From Mizuhopecten yessoensis (lineage: Eukaryota): 64,000 nucleotides of DNA. A program made the translations under genes and the position numbers. The stretch covers positions 898,314 through 962,313 of the forward strand of contig NW_018408787.1 in NCBI RefSeq assembly GCF_002113885.1, read 5' to 3'. Below the pieces are notes generated by a model. That model ran no database searches and was not told where the DNA came from. It saw only the letters and a program-made list of their open reading frames with translations. This document shows, piece after piece, positions 39,178 through 52,109 of this stretch (within the stretch, counting starts at the first letter, position 1; each line of letters opens with the position of its first letter).

Positions 39178-39367
39178 TATTCCGTCTTTGCGTATTGCAG
39201 AGTTATATTCTCTTGAGAGCAGTTATTGATTGTTACGTCATTGGTTTGTGTGAGAAAATTTCGTCGTTTTCTCAAAAATTGATGACGTTACTCTCACAAA
39301 CAAATGACGTAACAATCAATGCCTGCTCTCAAGAGATGATAACTCTGCAATACGCAAAGACGGAATA
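39178..39367. mobile_element. 190-bp fold-back MITE inside the sulfotransferase intron
   Basis: TATTCCGTCTTTGCGTATTGCAGAGTTAT at the left and ATAACTCTGCAATACGCAAAGACGGAATA at the right; pairing continues inwards. Confidence 0.88.
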
Positions 39368-39420
39368 GGTCTTCGTTCGTGATATAGCAATTACAATCCA
39401 TATCATTATATTTCCCTTAG

Positions 39421-40502
39421 AGACAAGTATACGTGGTATAGTGGCGAAGTCTGTATCAGACGTCCCGGAGAACTTTTACCGACCCTCTCGTCAAGCTCTG
39501 ACGCGTCTCGATAGATTGTATTATGGTTGTCAATCCGAATGCGTCAAAGGCTACAGACTACGGTACAACCAAACCAAATCAAGGTATGATTATTCCAGGA
39601 AGGCCAATATCTCTGTATGTAGTGTTCCAAAGGCCGGGAGTACACTATTTACACTGGTTCTCCTCGCCCTGGAGGTCCCGGAGGGGACAGACATAGAAAC
39701 TATATTCCAGATGAAACGGAGTTTGGTGCATGCTCAATCTGGCCGTTACTTACGGAAAGCATACAGGCAAAGTGTGCCAGCTAGAAACGTCCTAGTTACC
39801 AGAGATCCCTATCGAAGATTGTTTTCCGCTTATGTTGACAAACAAATGCTAAGGCTACCAACACATGATGTTAACTCGAGCAAGTTGATATGTGGCAACT
39901 ATGTGACCTTCGATCGTTTCCTCAGTCACATCTTGTCTAAAGGATTCCGGGGAGGGTATCTAGATCGCCATGTTGCTCCGATAGCTTTGTTGTGTGAACC
40001 ATGTGACACGAGATATGAATTTGTCGCCAAACAAGAAACGTTGACGGAAGATATCACTTTTCTTCTAGAGAATGTAACCGTCGTACCAAAACGCACAAGG
40101 GAATTAATTTTACGTGTGTTACATGGAGAGGTGAACGCGAGAACTCTGATTGGTGTGATCGACACTTTGGTGCAAAGAGCCTTAGACACATGCAGTAACA
40201 TACTGGACTACATCTCATCCCTCTGGACAGTGTTTAAAATCCAGGGAATCATACGTTATGACATTGTGTTTCCTCGGGAGTATCTGGAGCAGCTTCCCAC
40301 TGTAGACGTGAGTGTCGTTACGTCAGTTGTTAAACAGGCGATTGCCTTCCACCCTCTGACCATTGAGGACAGAAATAAACAGAGGCGGCACGCGCTGGTG
40401 ACGGCCTACGCCGGGGTCTCCTCTCACACTATTCGAGGGATACAGGACATGTACTTTAAAGACTTTGTGCTGTTTGATTACGATATCCAACCTCCATTAT
40501 AA
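39421..40502 (+). CDS. Carbohydrate sulfotransferase exon 2, catalytic domain (Sulfotransfer_2; CHST8-14/HNK-1ST-like)
   Basis: 5'-PSB CSVPKAGST, 3'-PB RDPYRRLFSAYVDK, CEPC..RYEFVAKQETL and C-terminal YFKDFVLFDY; uninterrupted frame; spliced CDS 1185 nt = 394 aa. Confidence 0.93.
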
Positions 40503-42199
40503 TAATATATATAATCATATAACAATGCATTGTTTGCTATATGTATATACAACATTATCTATATGGGTAAAGGCAGTAATATTAACGGTAGGTTCACAAA
40601 TAACACTGGATCATTGAAAACGTAGGTTTGTAGGATACGAATCACTTAGAATTTGGCAACATCATATTGTCAACATTATCTATATTAATATACAAAGTGC
40701 TACATAAGAGATTATGATATACAAAATGTTAAATTACAGATAATAATGTACAAAATGTAAAATTAAATATAATGACATATAAAATGTAAAATGAATGATA
40801 ATGATAATAAAATGGAACTTTAGACATGAACGTTTCAAATAATCACATTAGATATCTGATATCAGTGATAAGGATTAAGATCAATTAGAGAAAGCCATTT
40901 TACAAAAAATAAAGCTTTTTGAAATTTCAGACAGATGTATACAGGTAGTAACGTAAGATTAGTGTCTTAATAGAGAAACACAGGTAAGCTATAGTAGTTT
41001 TCCAATGTATTTAAAACTTTCGTGTTTATATTGTTGTTTTTTGTTGTTGTTTTTTTCAATCTTAAAAATAATCTTTCTTATTTAACACCTTGTGTTGTTT
41101 GCACTATTTGAGTAAACTGTTCAGATAGTATTTTAAATATATCCTGTCAAGATTTACGTTAAAATTTAAACTTATTTCATTAACGGTTGTCTTCTGGTTT
41201 TCAGAATTATATGCATACATATTGTATCAGAAAAATACATATGGGAAAACGATATTTTTATATAGCTGACTGACTGAAAAGTAATATCTGACAGTTTAGG
41301 AATATTAACTTATGCAAACTAAGTACAATATAGCAATGTCAAACAAGCTAAGCTGCATCGCACTTTTCGCAATGAATTATATGGAAGCATCGATATGACG
41401 ACTAAGATGCATTTTCCGTTGAATATACTGAGTTTGTTGTGATCTAAAGATAAAATAATTCATTAAGTATGCTCAATAGCAATATATGTACAATAAGAAA
41501 ATGCGTTCATATGTCTATGAATGCAAAAGGATCAGCGTCATGTTGGTTTAAACTTTGTTTTATTCAAATTTTGTTAGACAATACATCGAAATACATGTTT
41601 TATAAAACAGAAAAGGAAACGAAAACAAGTGTTGTGACACTTATGTAAATTTGTAACCTGCTTAGTAATCAGCTTTTCAACACTAGCTACAAGAATGAAG
41701 TAATATGTACAATAGAATAATTACGGGAATAGGGGAGGGGGTAATGGATTGGTATGCAGTGGAAACCAGGAATGAATAACATATCAATATACATATGATC
41801 ATCAGATGGTAATATCATATTGCTCTATTGCAATGAGTATGTAGAACACGATTCTGTAAAATATTACTATGGAATAGTAGATGAAAATGTCAGCAGTCCT
41901 GTAAATGGACACTCGAAAAAGGTTAGTATGTCACAAAACACCGCCATGATTATTAAAAACGTTTCAGTTCATATTCTAGCCATCACACTTATCAAATATA
42001 AGTCCATACAACACTTTCCCGACTCATCCCTGGTACGTCCTGCTCTTTCAAGGTAACACATCACTTTATCAAACAATCATAATCATGGCGGGTTAGTGAC
42101 ATAATATGGTATAAAGAAATGCAATGGCAAAATCTCTGAATAAGCATATAAATCCAAATACATTTTAAAACATAGTAGTAAAACGAATGCAACACACCA

Positions 42200-42206
42200 T
42201 ACATAC

Positions 42207-42242
<36 letters not shown>

Positions 42243-42243
42243 G
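42200..42243. repeat. (TA)n microsatellite in the LINE 3' UTR
   Basis: Read directly. Confidence 0.9.
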
Positions 42244-42349
42244 AAAAAAAGAAATTGTTAAGGACTATTCGTTTATTTGAAATCTTTTGGTTTTGAGTAT
42301 ATAATTTTGGACGGCTAGAAAAATCGTAGTGTTTTCTTGATGGGTAAGA

Positions 42350-45300
42350 GTCATCACCAAAGCAAAGTGCTGTATATTTATTACATTTTAGCAAATAATG
42401 TGTTCAGTTCTCAATGGCACCGCAGGAACAATTCGGGGATGGTATGATGATTTTCGTAAACAAGAGTTCTTTTAGGGAGCTACATGACAAACGCAGTCTT
42501 GCGTGGTAGATTTGACCCAGACGTGAACCCTGAAAGTAGTATGAAGGTGGACATGGTTTATTATTAGGTTTCAGAAAGGCTTTCAAATGGGAAATGGAAG
42601 GGTTATTTCTTATATGTAATGGAAGAGAATTCCAATTGTTTTCAGCAGAAGGAAGAAATGCATTTAGATAAATATTTGTTTTACAAAGAATAGGTGACAG
42701 ACATGATGGGTCAGAAAGTCTGGTATTATAACTATGAACATCACTAATTGAATTAGGTAAGAAATTTAACAGATACTCTGGAGTATTTTGATAAAACATT
42801 TTTGGGAATTGTAACAATTTATGATTAAGTCTACGGTCTATTAATTTATTCCATCCAACTTCTACATATAGTTTGTCTAAGCTTACAAGTTTAGTAGCAC
42901 CTGAAACAATCCTGGCAGCTTCCAAGTTAACTTTCTCTAGTTTAGAAATATATTCTTTGGGAATGCTATCCCAGATAGTATCAGCATATTCTACAAGTGG
43001 TCTAATAAACGAAAAATTTATATTTTGTAATGTTTGCCTGTCGAGTTTAAATTTTAGAGATCGTATAATATTTAATCTAGACGTTGCTTTCTGAATTATT
43101 TGTTTAACATGTTCAACCCAACTGCAATTTTTCGAAAAAAGAACTCCAAGATGTTTATGCAACAGTACTTCTGATATTTCTTCATTGCACATATGTAAGA
43201 TTGGATGTGGTTGACTGTTTCTCTTTCTACTAATAGTCATGCTTTCCGGTTTTTTAGGATTGAAATCAACTAACCAAGATTTGGACCATTCAGTATTTTT
43301 TTGTAGATCTGACTCCATAATGTTGTTTGTTTCTAAGGGGTTTTCAACTATCATGTACAGAGTAGTATCATCAGCAAATAATTTGATAGAAGATTTGATA
43401 TCGCTGACTATGTCATTAATTGGATTAATAACAACAAAGGTCCAAGTATTGAACCCTGTGGAACTCCAGCCTTAACTCCTGCCCAATCAGAGTGAATATT
43501 ATTGATCATAAGTCTTTGTTTTCTATTCGTTAAGAAGCTTTCGAAACATTTTAACAGCGATCCAGTTATTCCAATTTTTGATAATTTATACAACAGCCCT
43601 TTGTGCCAAACCCTATCAAATGCTTTGCTGATATCACAAAATACTACTCTTATTTCTTTACCTGAATCTAATGCCTTAATAAAATCGTTGGAAATACTTA
43701 ATAATTGGTTAATAGAGAAATCGCCTGTTGTAAAACCTGATTGATATTTTGTTATTACTTTCAAATCAAGAAGAAAATTATGAACATGTTTATAAACGCA
43801 CCTCTCGAACACTTTACCAATTATATTTAAAAGTGAAATTGGTCGATAGTTTTTAACATCATTACGGCTATCTTTTTTATATATAGGTAAAACATTTGCT
43901 TCTTTCCACGATGATGGATATATTCCTTGTGATAAGGATTTATTAAAAAATATAGATAGAGGCTCAGCAAGTGATGTTGCAGCTTCCTTGAGCACTTTGG
44001 GACTAATAAGATCTGGTCCTACAGCTTTACTAGTTTTCAAATTGAGTAAGGCATCCTTAACACCAGTAAATGATATATTTATATTACTCAGACAAATACG
44101 ATTAGGGAATTCTATTAGTGGGGGAAGCATAACCATTGAATCATCCACAACGGATTGACTTGAAAAACACAAATTAAAAACATTAGCTTTATCAACATCA
44201 GCTTCGTAATAGACATTATCATGAAAAATCGTTGGTATTTCTCCACATTTACCAATATTGTTCATGAAGAGTTTTACAGTTAACCACCATGACTTGTTAC
44301 ATTGTCTTAAATCAGATAATTTTGATGAAAACCGTTAAAATAAGATTCTTTAGATTGTCTAATGGCATTTACACACTTGTTACGGGTTTGTCTGAAAATA
44401 AACCAGTCAGATTGGCTATCAGTAAGTTTAGCCTTATTGTGATTTTTTTTACGTTTTGATATTAATTTTCTGATTTTTTGTGTTCATCCATGGATGATCA
44501 CGTTTTCTCATATTGACCGTTTTGTTAGGGATAGCCGAAGAAAAAGTGGAATCGATGAAGTCAGTTAGACGCTTGCATGCTAGGTCGATATTAGCATCAT
44601 ATACTTGAGGCCAATCCGACATTTCTAATAGTTCACTTAGTTTGTCAAAATTTCCATGCTTATAAAGCCAAATTTTCCTTCGGTACGAGTCGGTTGAATG
44701 TATAGCAATATTAAGAGTTGTATAGATGGGACAATGGTATCTTACTGGTTGGTCAAGGAACGATTCCCCTACATAAGACCGATCTATTATAAAATCGTTA
44801 TTTACCAATATAACGTCTATTAAGGATGTCGAATGTTCAGTATAATGTGTACATTCAGTAATTAACTGCGTAAGTCCGTAATTGTACACTATGTTATCAA
44901 AATAGTTAAAATTATGACTGCGTTGCAATAAATTTACGTTAAAATCACCAGTTATAATAACATTTCCAATACTAGAGTTAATTGCCCTACCAATGGATTC
45001 CTTCAAATTTGGTCCATACAGTTATGTTAGAATTTGGGGGTCTATAGAAAGTACCAAATAGAAATGTTTGACCTTTGGATGCTATTTCAACCCAAACACA
45101 TTCGACATCGTCAACTTCAATATCGGACCTTCTTTTGACAAAAAGATTGGCTGCTACATAAACAGCAACACCCCCTCCAACGGCGTCATTACGACAGTAA
45201 CAAAAAGGACTGTGAAAACCAGAAATATCCAAGGACGAATCAATATCAGAGTCAGAAAGCCAAGTTTCGGTAAATGCTAAAATACTATGCTCATAAAGTT

Positions 45301-45783
45301 CGGTGTACAGAACATCTAGTTTTGGACGCAAGCTTTGTACGTTCAGGTGGACGAATGATAAACAATTATTATTATGTGTAAAAGATACAGGTTCGTCAGA
45401 GGAGATTGACGAGGAGTTAGCAGAAGGATGAAAGGGGCCGGGTTAGTTTCTATATCGCCACAGCATAATAGTGACAAGACGATGAGTATGGAAATATACA
45501 GTATAAATTGAGCGATGATCGCCGTGAAATACGCTTTAAGTAATAACGTTTGATTTCGACATGAAATTGTGTGTTGGTTGCAAGTTTTACATACGCCTAA
45601 CTGTTGAGCAAGGAAAAATAATATGGCAATGGGCAAAAATGCATGATGGTTCCAAAAAAGCACAATAAAAAAGAAGACTTCAAAAACATCATTCATTATA
45701 CTTACAGATCGAGTTTGAACAGAGCGTGCAATGTCATAAAACAGTCCTACTCTTACAGAAAAAATGTTATGACTTATTAGCAT
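42350..45783 (-). pseudogene. LINE ORF2 (APE-RT) broken by several frameshifts
   Basis: Collinear pieces 45343-45783, 44987-45331, 44449-45006, 43408-44265 and 42404-43354. Confidence 0.93.
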
Positions 45784-45863
45784 TTATATATATTTAGGTG
45801 ATATCAAATGGGAACATCATCATCACAAGAGTAGGACCAATGTAAGCCCAGCCAATACAATAC

Positions 45864-46139
45864 TCAGTATGAGCAATAGGTAGTCGGTTCGGTGAAGCCA
45901 GAGAAACGGACTAGTGGTCGGCGACCGTATTGCTTAACATCATCAATGGCAAGTTTGAGTTGTCGGTTTTCGTTCCTCAATTGTGACATGTCGTTGTGGA
46001 TGGGGGAGAGCTGGGCTCTTATAAGCATATCGAGTCTGTTCTGTGTCATGTCGAAAACAGCCGATGCTATTCTCTGGATATCGTAATCAGATAGGCTGGA
46101 CGAGTGTGAGGTGGAGTCCCCAGTCGTCGAGGGCGTCAT
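45864..46139 (-). pseudogene. LINE ORF1 N-terminal remnant (coiled coil and start of an L1-type RRM), internally deleted
   Basis: QLRNENRQLKLAIDDVKQYGRRPLVRFSGFTE matches the (E)QYSRRxNxRxxGIxE ORF1 motif; lies upstream of ORF2 on the same strand. Confidence 0.75.
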
Positions 46140-46339
46140 GTTGAAGTTTCCCCTCCTGTCTCGATTGACCTGAGAACCGTTAAAAGCAAACATTACTGCT
46201 CCAGGAATTGCGTTTCCACTGACGACACAGACACTTAAATATCGAAAATATAAGGAAACATCTTTGTTTAGGTCAGAAATAATTAAACAATTAAAATGTA
46301 AATAAAAGGATTGGACGGCAATATTTTCAAATTTTATGC

Positions 46340-46446
46340 TGGTATGAATGAACACAAATCGATTTCATACATATTTACCACGAAGTCCGCTAAAAGCCCT
46401 CGCGGGCGTCACGGAATATGTATGTAACCGATTTGCGTTGATACCA
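46340..46446. repeat. Imperfect palindromic repeat remnant
   Basis: Arms TGGTAT...CAAATCGATTTCATACATATT and AATATGTATGTAACCGATTTG...ATACCA. Confidence 0.55.
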
Positions 46447-48276
46447 GGTTAGTATTTCGCTATTTTGAATGACTTCGAGGCTAACATTTTCTACTACTAT
46501 TTCGTATTAATTGTACGCATGTAAATTTGCAAAGATATACCGAAACAGATTATATTCAAATAACATTCGACACCCATACACATGGTATAATTTTGAAGTT
46601 ATAAGTTAGGTTTACTCATGATCCTTTTTGGGATTACAGTCATTTCCGTTCAGTACACAAGCACGACAGTAGGCGATGTCAAGCAGTCCAATTACCTCGA
46701 TGCATTCTTGCCTTTTACGGGTTAAAGGTTATCCTTGTCATGTTTCGCGTCACCACATGCTCCATGCACACAGGAAAGAGTTTGTTTTCAAAAGTATCAA
46801 TACATCGTTTGTTTGTTTTTTCAGTTAATGTTTTAACTGTTCCGCGGCATCACGTCCTACAGATATTCTGTACGTATTGACACATAGATCGTGGCTAAAT
46901 GAGCATTGGTCTCGGTGTTTAAGTCCACCTCGTGTTTCGTGGTGAATTAAGGTTGATCTTTGATTGTAACAGATTCAGTCGTTACAACAAAAGAACATCA
47001 CTCTTTGGTAGGAGGAAAATTGAGGATCTGTGGATAAAAAGACATACACACACTGGACAAATGATTAGGATACGTAAGCAGCATATCAAAAAGGAAGGAA
47101 GAAACAATATGGTATACGATTAATAGAAGTAATAATTCCATCCGATAACATGAGAAGTAATAGGTCAATCCTGTCACACAAAAGCATAACAAGGATCACA
47201 CTGGAAACATCTATTGAGGAAAAGACTTCGAATTTGTCATTGCACGATAAATCACTTAAGCAGACTCAATATTAGTCATTATCAGAAGAACATTACAAGT
47301 TTTGGATCGCGAAACATTCCTATCCCTCTTCAAATGTCTTAGTGCGGACACCTTTGTAAGCTTGGAGATCTATATCATTTTCTTATTGTGGAAAACTACA
47401 CTTTTATTATCAATGAAAAATCCGTGAGAAACTTACAGCTTTCTACAAAATTCCTGATGATCTCACACCAACCCGTCATACGTACATTTAATGTAAGGTA
47501 CTTACCGGAAGTGTTGGATTAAAAATCGATGGAATAGGTAGGACGTAAGTAATGAAATAGAGCCGTGTAGGAGGCCTTGGCGAGAACGCCGACCAGGATA
47601 TCATTTACTGCGCGCTAAAACAGACCAAGGAAACTGGTTGTATCTCCAAAAATTGCTGTTAAATGCTTTTGATATTGGGAGTTAATGTTCAATCTATCAG
47701 ATCAATGAAACACTAAATCTGGATTGTCTCCATGTAAGACAGGGCGAACATCTTTCCCCGTTTTTATTTTCCATTTACCTTAACGATATGGAAGATTCTT
47801 TTAAGGTACATGTATACATGTTATGTATTAAAAATAAACAGTAATGAAAAAACGTCAACCTGTTTTTAACAGTTGATATATGGAAATGAATGTGGCGATC
47901 AGTGGAAAAAAATGAAATAAACCCTAACTCTAAAATAATAGGACCTGCATATCAGAAAAAAGGAAGAAAGGTATTTTCAGAGTCTTGAACATTGTTGTGG
48001 AACTATATATACCAACTGTGCTTTTTTGAATCTAGCAGTTTATTTGAAGAAAAAAAGATGCCAGTATCAAGCGAAAAAAATATTTAGAATTAATTTAAGG
48101 TCAAGTTATAGAAGGAGTTGATAATTTAAACTATCTGAGACTGGATGTGGCATTTGATTACATGTACAACGGTAGTTTTTTGAAATGTATACTGAAAGTT
48201 TTGTGAGAAAGGTATAAAAAACGTATAGTCAGTGTGGAGTACTGTAATGTTAAACAAATACAATTAATTCACAGCT

Positions 48277-48495
48277 TCCAATTAACTGTCAGCTTCCAAT
48301 TAATTCCCAGCTTCCAATTAACTCTCAGCTTCCAATTAATCCCCAGCTCCCAATTAACTCTCAGCTTCCAATTAACTCTCAGCTTCCAATTAATTCCCAG
48401 CTTCCAATTAACTCTCAGTTTCCAATTAACTCTCAGCTTCCAATTAACTCTCAGATTCCAATTAACTCTCAGATTCCAATTTATCCCCAGCTTTA
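48277..48495. repeat. 18-bp tandem repeat, about 12 copies
   Basis: CAGCTTCCAATTAACTCT; explains the FQLTLS and VNWKLR ORFs. Confidence 0.95.
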
Positions 48496-49342
48496 ATTGT
48501 TTCATAACATAGTTCTCCCTATACTGTTATATGGACCTGAAATGCAGATATATTTTACGAATGCGAAGAACGAGTGCAACTATCGGTATATTCTACCGTG
48601 CGAGTGATATGCATGGTACTCCACGGGAAACCCATTGAATTATCTATCTATTACATTTTAAAACTACTTACAACGACGGACATATTCCTACATCTAAACA
48701 GTTGGGAAGATAATAGCATAATCTTTAGCGCCATATATTAAAAAATATTCTTACAATTAAATTATCAAAAAGAGTGTTGCTCTTAGAATTGACAAGTTGA
48801 TCATACAGAAAAAAGATCTCTGCAACACAAAGCGCCGACAATGGTAGATGCAAATAAAATGGAACAGCAAAAATATATTTTGCATCCATAATTTCATTCT
48901 ATACAGCGATTGCCGTTCAACATTATATTTTGCTTTATAAAATCTGTATCGATATGTATTATAAATTTTATGCAAAAAATAATTCAAATACCCAGTCCAA
49001 ATATAATTAGAAGACGCTATTTGTCACAATTAATTAGTAAATAATAAATTAAAGTACATCATAATATTAATAACATACCGACACAGTAGCATTGGGGACA
49101 GGACACACGGATGGAAAATCAATCGATGACAGGTAAGCTACCGTTGTCTGTAGATAACTCGGGTCAGGCTCCACACTGGAAATAGACATCACAATTGTTT
49201 TAAACCTAGTGAAGTGTACACTTTTTTTTTACTTCATTATCTTTATAGATGTGATAATTCATTAAATTTCATCTCAAATCCAAAACCCAAGTATGAAGGT
49301 ACTATTGCTGTCGGAAATATATTGCAAAAAAAAGGTTGACAC

Positions 49343-49651
49343 GTTTGGATAGAGCGTCCTTCTCGGTTCGGAGGGTCCCGGGTTCAAACTCTGCATTTTG
49401 CCACTCCTGTTACAAAACTGTCGAACTTGTCAATCCTTGTTTGAAGCAATGAGTGAACGCATGGCAATGAGTGAACGCATGGCAATGAGATACCCGAACC
49501 TGGACGGTAAATAGTGGTGTTCTGGGGCAAATACTTACACTGGCTCGATCGTCGGCGATCAGGTAGCTCAATTGGCGGAACGTCCGTCTAGAATTCGGAG
49601 GATCGCGGATCCCAATCCCGGTTTGCCCATGCATTTTTCAGCTCCAGTTAC
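49343..49651 (+). mobile_element. Two degenerate tRNA-derived (SINE-like) units
   Basis: A-box-like GGTAGCTCAATTGG at 49562; B-box-like CCCGGGTTCAAACT at ~49377; both units end CATTTT...CTCC(T/A)GTTACA. Confidence 0.55.
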
Positions 49652-50504
49652 ATGTATACAGCTATACCACGTGACGTTCATGTGACAAGATATTCACTAT
49701 CCAGACATAATACAGAGCAAACGGAAACAAAAATACAAATTCTATTTCTAGCATCTTAAAAACGAACCGTCACGGGTCATTGCTATAACTTACCAGGATA
49801 TGTATTCGCGAAAACAAACTGCTATCTTAATGACGGTAAAACAGATGACATACATCGAATCCATACTTATCGTTACATCATAATTAAAAGGGAGGAAATA
49901 TAGGAAGCATTGGGGCCAGTATCATCTTGGATTGTTAGGCAGCAAGCAATTAACCAACCGTATGACGTCACAATATACAATGCGTCATATTTACCGACAG
50001 GCCTACACTCGTTAGCCGACGACGAGTAGATTCATAGCTTAATATTCGAAGATGTAACATCGTGCAAATGTACTTATAAAGGTAAACGGTAGACAATGCT
50101 ATCACAAACTGTCAAACTGACAAACTGTCAAACCTGGAGACCGTATAGAAATTCTAGTAAACGGGGGAGGAGTGTGGTGAGCCGGTAAGCTAGGCTGTCA
50201 GTGAATAACTCGCAAGGAACCCGAGTACCGCAAGTGCCCTTTAAGAACCGTCCGTGCTGACCCTGGGAGCCAGGACTGTGACAGCCGATGAGATACGGTC
50301 ACAGACGATCAGGAAACTCCATATACTTACTTGATTGACGACAATTGTGTAAAAATGGTTTGATTAAATGCTATACTTTTCGGTACCAAACACGAAAAAT
50401 GGTTAACTGTTTCTATTGTTTGGAAGGAAAACATCGGATAATGACATTATCTTCAGCATTAATGATGCAATGATTTGGAAGAAAACTTGGATCATAATAC
50501 ATTT

Positions 50505-51840
50505 GTGGGATTGGGATCGGGTAGGGATCGGTTTACGGGACAGGATGAGCTTGGGATTTGATTAGTGGTTGAGATGGGTTGGGGATTGGATAAGAGGTTG
50601 GAATTGGGTTAGGGTTTGGGTAAGGGGTTTGGAATTGATAAGGGGTTGGGTTATGGAATGGATTGGGGGTTCGGTTAGGGGTTGGGACGGGGATTTGGTA
50701 AGGGGTTGGGATTAGGATGAGGTAATGGGTTTGGATAGGGATTGGGTTAGGGGCTGGGACGAGGATTTTGTTAGGTGTTTGGATGGGTAATGGGTCAGGT
50801 TGGAATGAGGTTAGGGGTTGGGATGCTCATTGGGTAAAGGGTTGGGACGGGGATAGATTAGGTATTGTTGTGGGGATTTGGTTAGGGGCTGGGATTTGGA
50901 TTGAGTTAGAGGTTTGGTCGGGGATTTGGTTAGGGGTTGGGACGGGGATTTGGTTAGGGGTTGGGATTGGGATGAGGTTAGGGGTTAGGCATGGAATTGT
51001 ATATGAGGGTTTGGATGGGGATTGGGTCAAGTGTTGGGATATGATTTGGTTAGGGGTTGGTACGTTGATCGGGTTTTGGAGTTGGGATGAGGACTGGGTA
51101 AAGGGTTGGGACGGGGATTCGATAAGAAGTTGGGATGAGGATGAGTTAAGAAGTAAGCCTTGGGATTGTGATTGGGTAAGAGAATGGAAGGCGGATTAGG
51201 TTAGGGGATGAGATGGGGATTGGGTTAAGGATTGCGATGGGGATAGATTAGGGGTTGTTGTGGGGATTTGGTTAGGGGATGGGATTTGGATTGGATTAGA
51301 GGTTTGGACGGGGATTTGGTTAGGGGTTGGTACGGTAATCGGGTTTTCGGGGTTGGGATGAGGATTTGGTTAGATGATGGGATGGGAATAGGGTAAGGGG
51401 TTGTGATTTGGATTGGGTAATGGGTTTGGGATTTGGATTTGGTTAGGGGTTTGGATGAGGTTCGGGTAAGGGGTTTGGATGAGGATTGTGTTAGGGGTTT
51501 GGATGAGATTGGGTTAGGTCTTTGGGATTTGGATTTGGTTAGGGGTTTGGGATTTGGATTGGGTTAGGGGTTTGGATGAGGATTGGGTTAGGGGTTTGGA
51601 TGATATTGGGTTAGGTCTTTGGGATTTGGATTGGGTTAGGGGTTTGGGATTTGGATTAGGTTAGAGGTTTGGATGAGGATTGGGTAAGGGGTTTGGATGG
51701 GGATTGGGTTATAGGGGTTTGGATGGGGATTGGGTTAGGGGTTTGGATGAGGATTGGGTTATGGGTTTGGGATCGGGATTGGGTTATGGGTTTGGGATTG
51801 GGATTGGGATTGGGTGAGGTGATGGGATGGGTTGATGATG
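50505..51840 (+). repeat. G-rich, C-poor degenerate hexamer tract with TTAGGG variants (interstitial telomere-like)
   Basis: Recurrent GGATTGGGTTAGGGGTTTGGAT motifs; TTAGGG occurs singly within 24-bp-like units, not as pure (TTAGGG)n. Confidence 0.85.
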
Positions 51841-52109
51841 TGTGTCTGGTCGTAGAGACACACCGTCTATTGATGGTATGTACATGGATCGCAATGTATA
51901 CATTCTATCGATCACATATCATCAATAGACGATTGATTGGAGTACCGGCCTTTTGACTACTGCAACATCGAAACCTGGTTTGAGAAGTTGAGGTGGTGTA
52001 GTGTTAGAAGCTGAGGATAGTTCAACAACGTATACATGTACAAAAGAGTAGATTAAGAAAATTATAGAATGAAAATTAAATACTTATTAATGCAACCAAA
52101 TCAAATATT

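Larger units (their letters stand above)
41543..46260 (-). mobile_element. Near-full-length decayed CR1-group LINE (ORF1 remnant, 2A-like leader, APE, RT, C-terminal Cys/His motif, 3' tail)
   Basis: APE motifs AFTETWL, GGGVAVY, FYRPP, ITGDFN; RT motifs NYRPISLL, DISKAFDRVWH, GVPQGSILGP, FADD; tail AATAAAACAAAGTTTAAACCAA at ~41543; both ends approximate. Confidence 0.93.

Noticed and set aside
42873-45280. Plus-strand ORFs opposite the CR1 ORF2, and 39926-40201 opposite the sulfotransferase
   Set aside because: Antisense shadows of real or former coding sequence
49343-49651. Possible tRNA genes
   Set aside because: The A and B boxes are degenerate and no full cloverleaf can be formed; better explained as tRNA-derived repeats
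50158-50340. Polypurine tract GGGGGGAGAG followed by TGT, resembling the start of a 3' LTR
   Set aside because: No second LTR, no defined CA end or TSD, and no gag/pol remnant nearby
50768-51956. Gly/Trp-rich ORFs
   Set aside because: Translation by-products of the G-rich hexamer tract, without ATG starts or splice support
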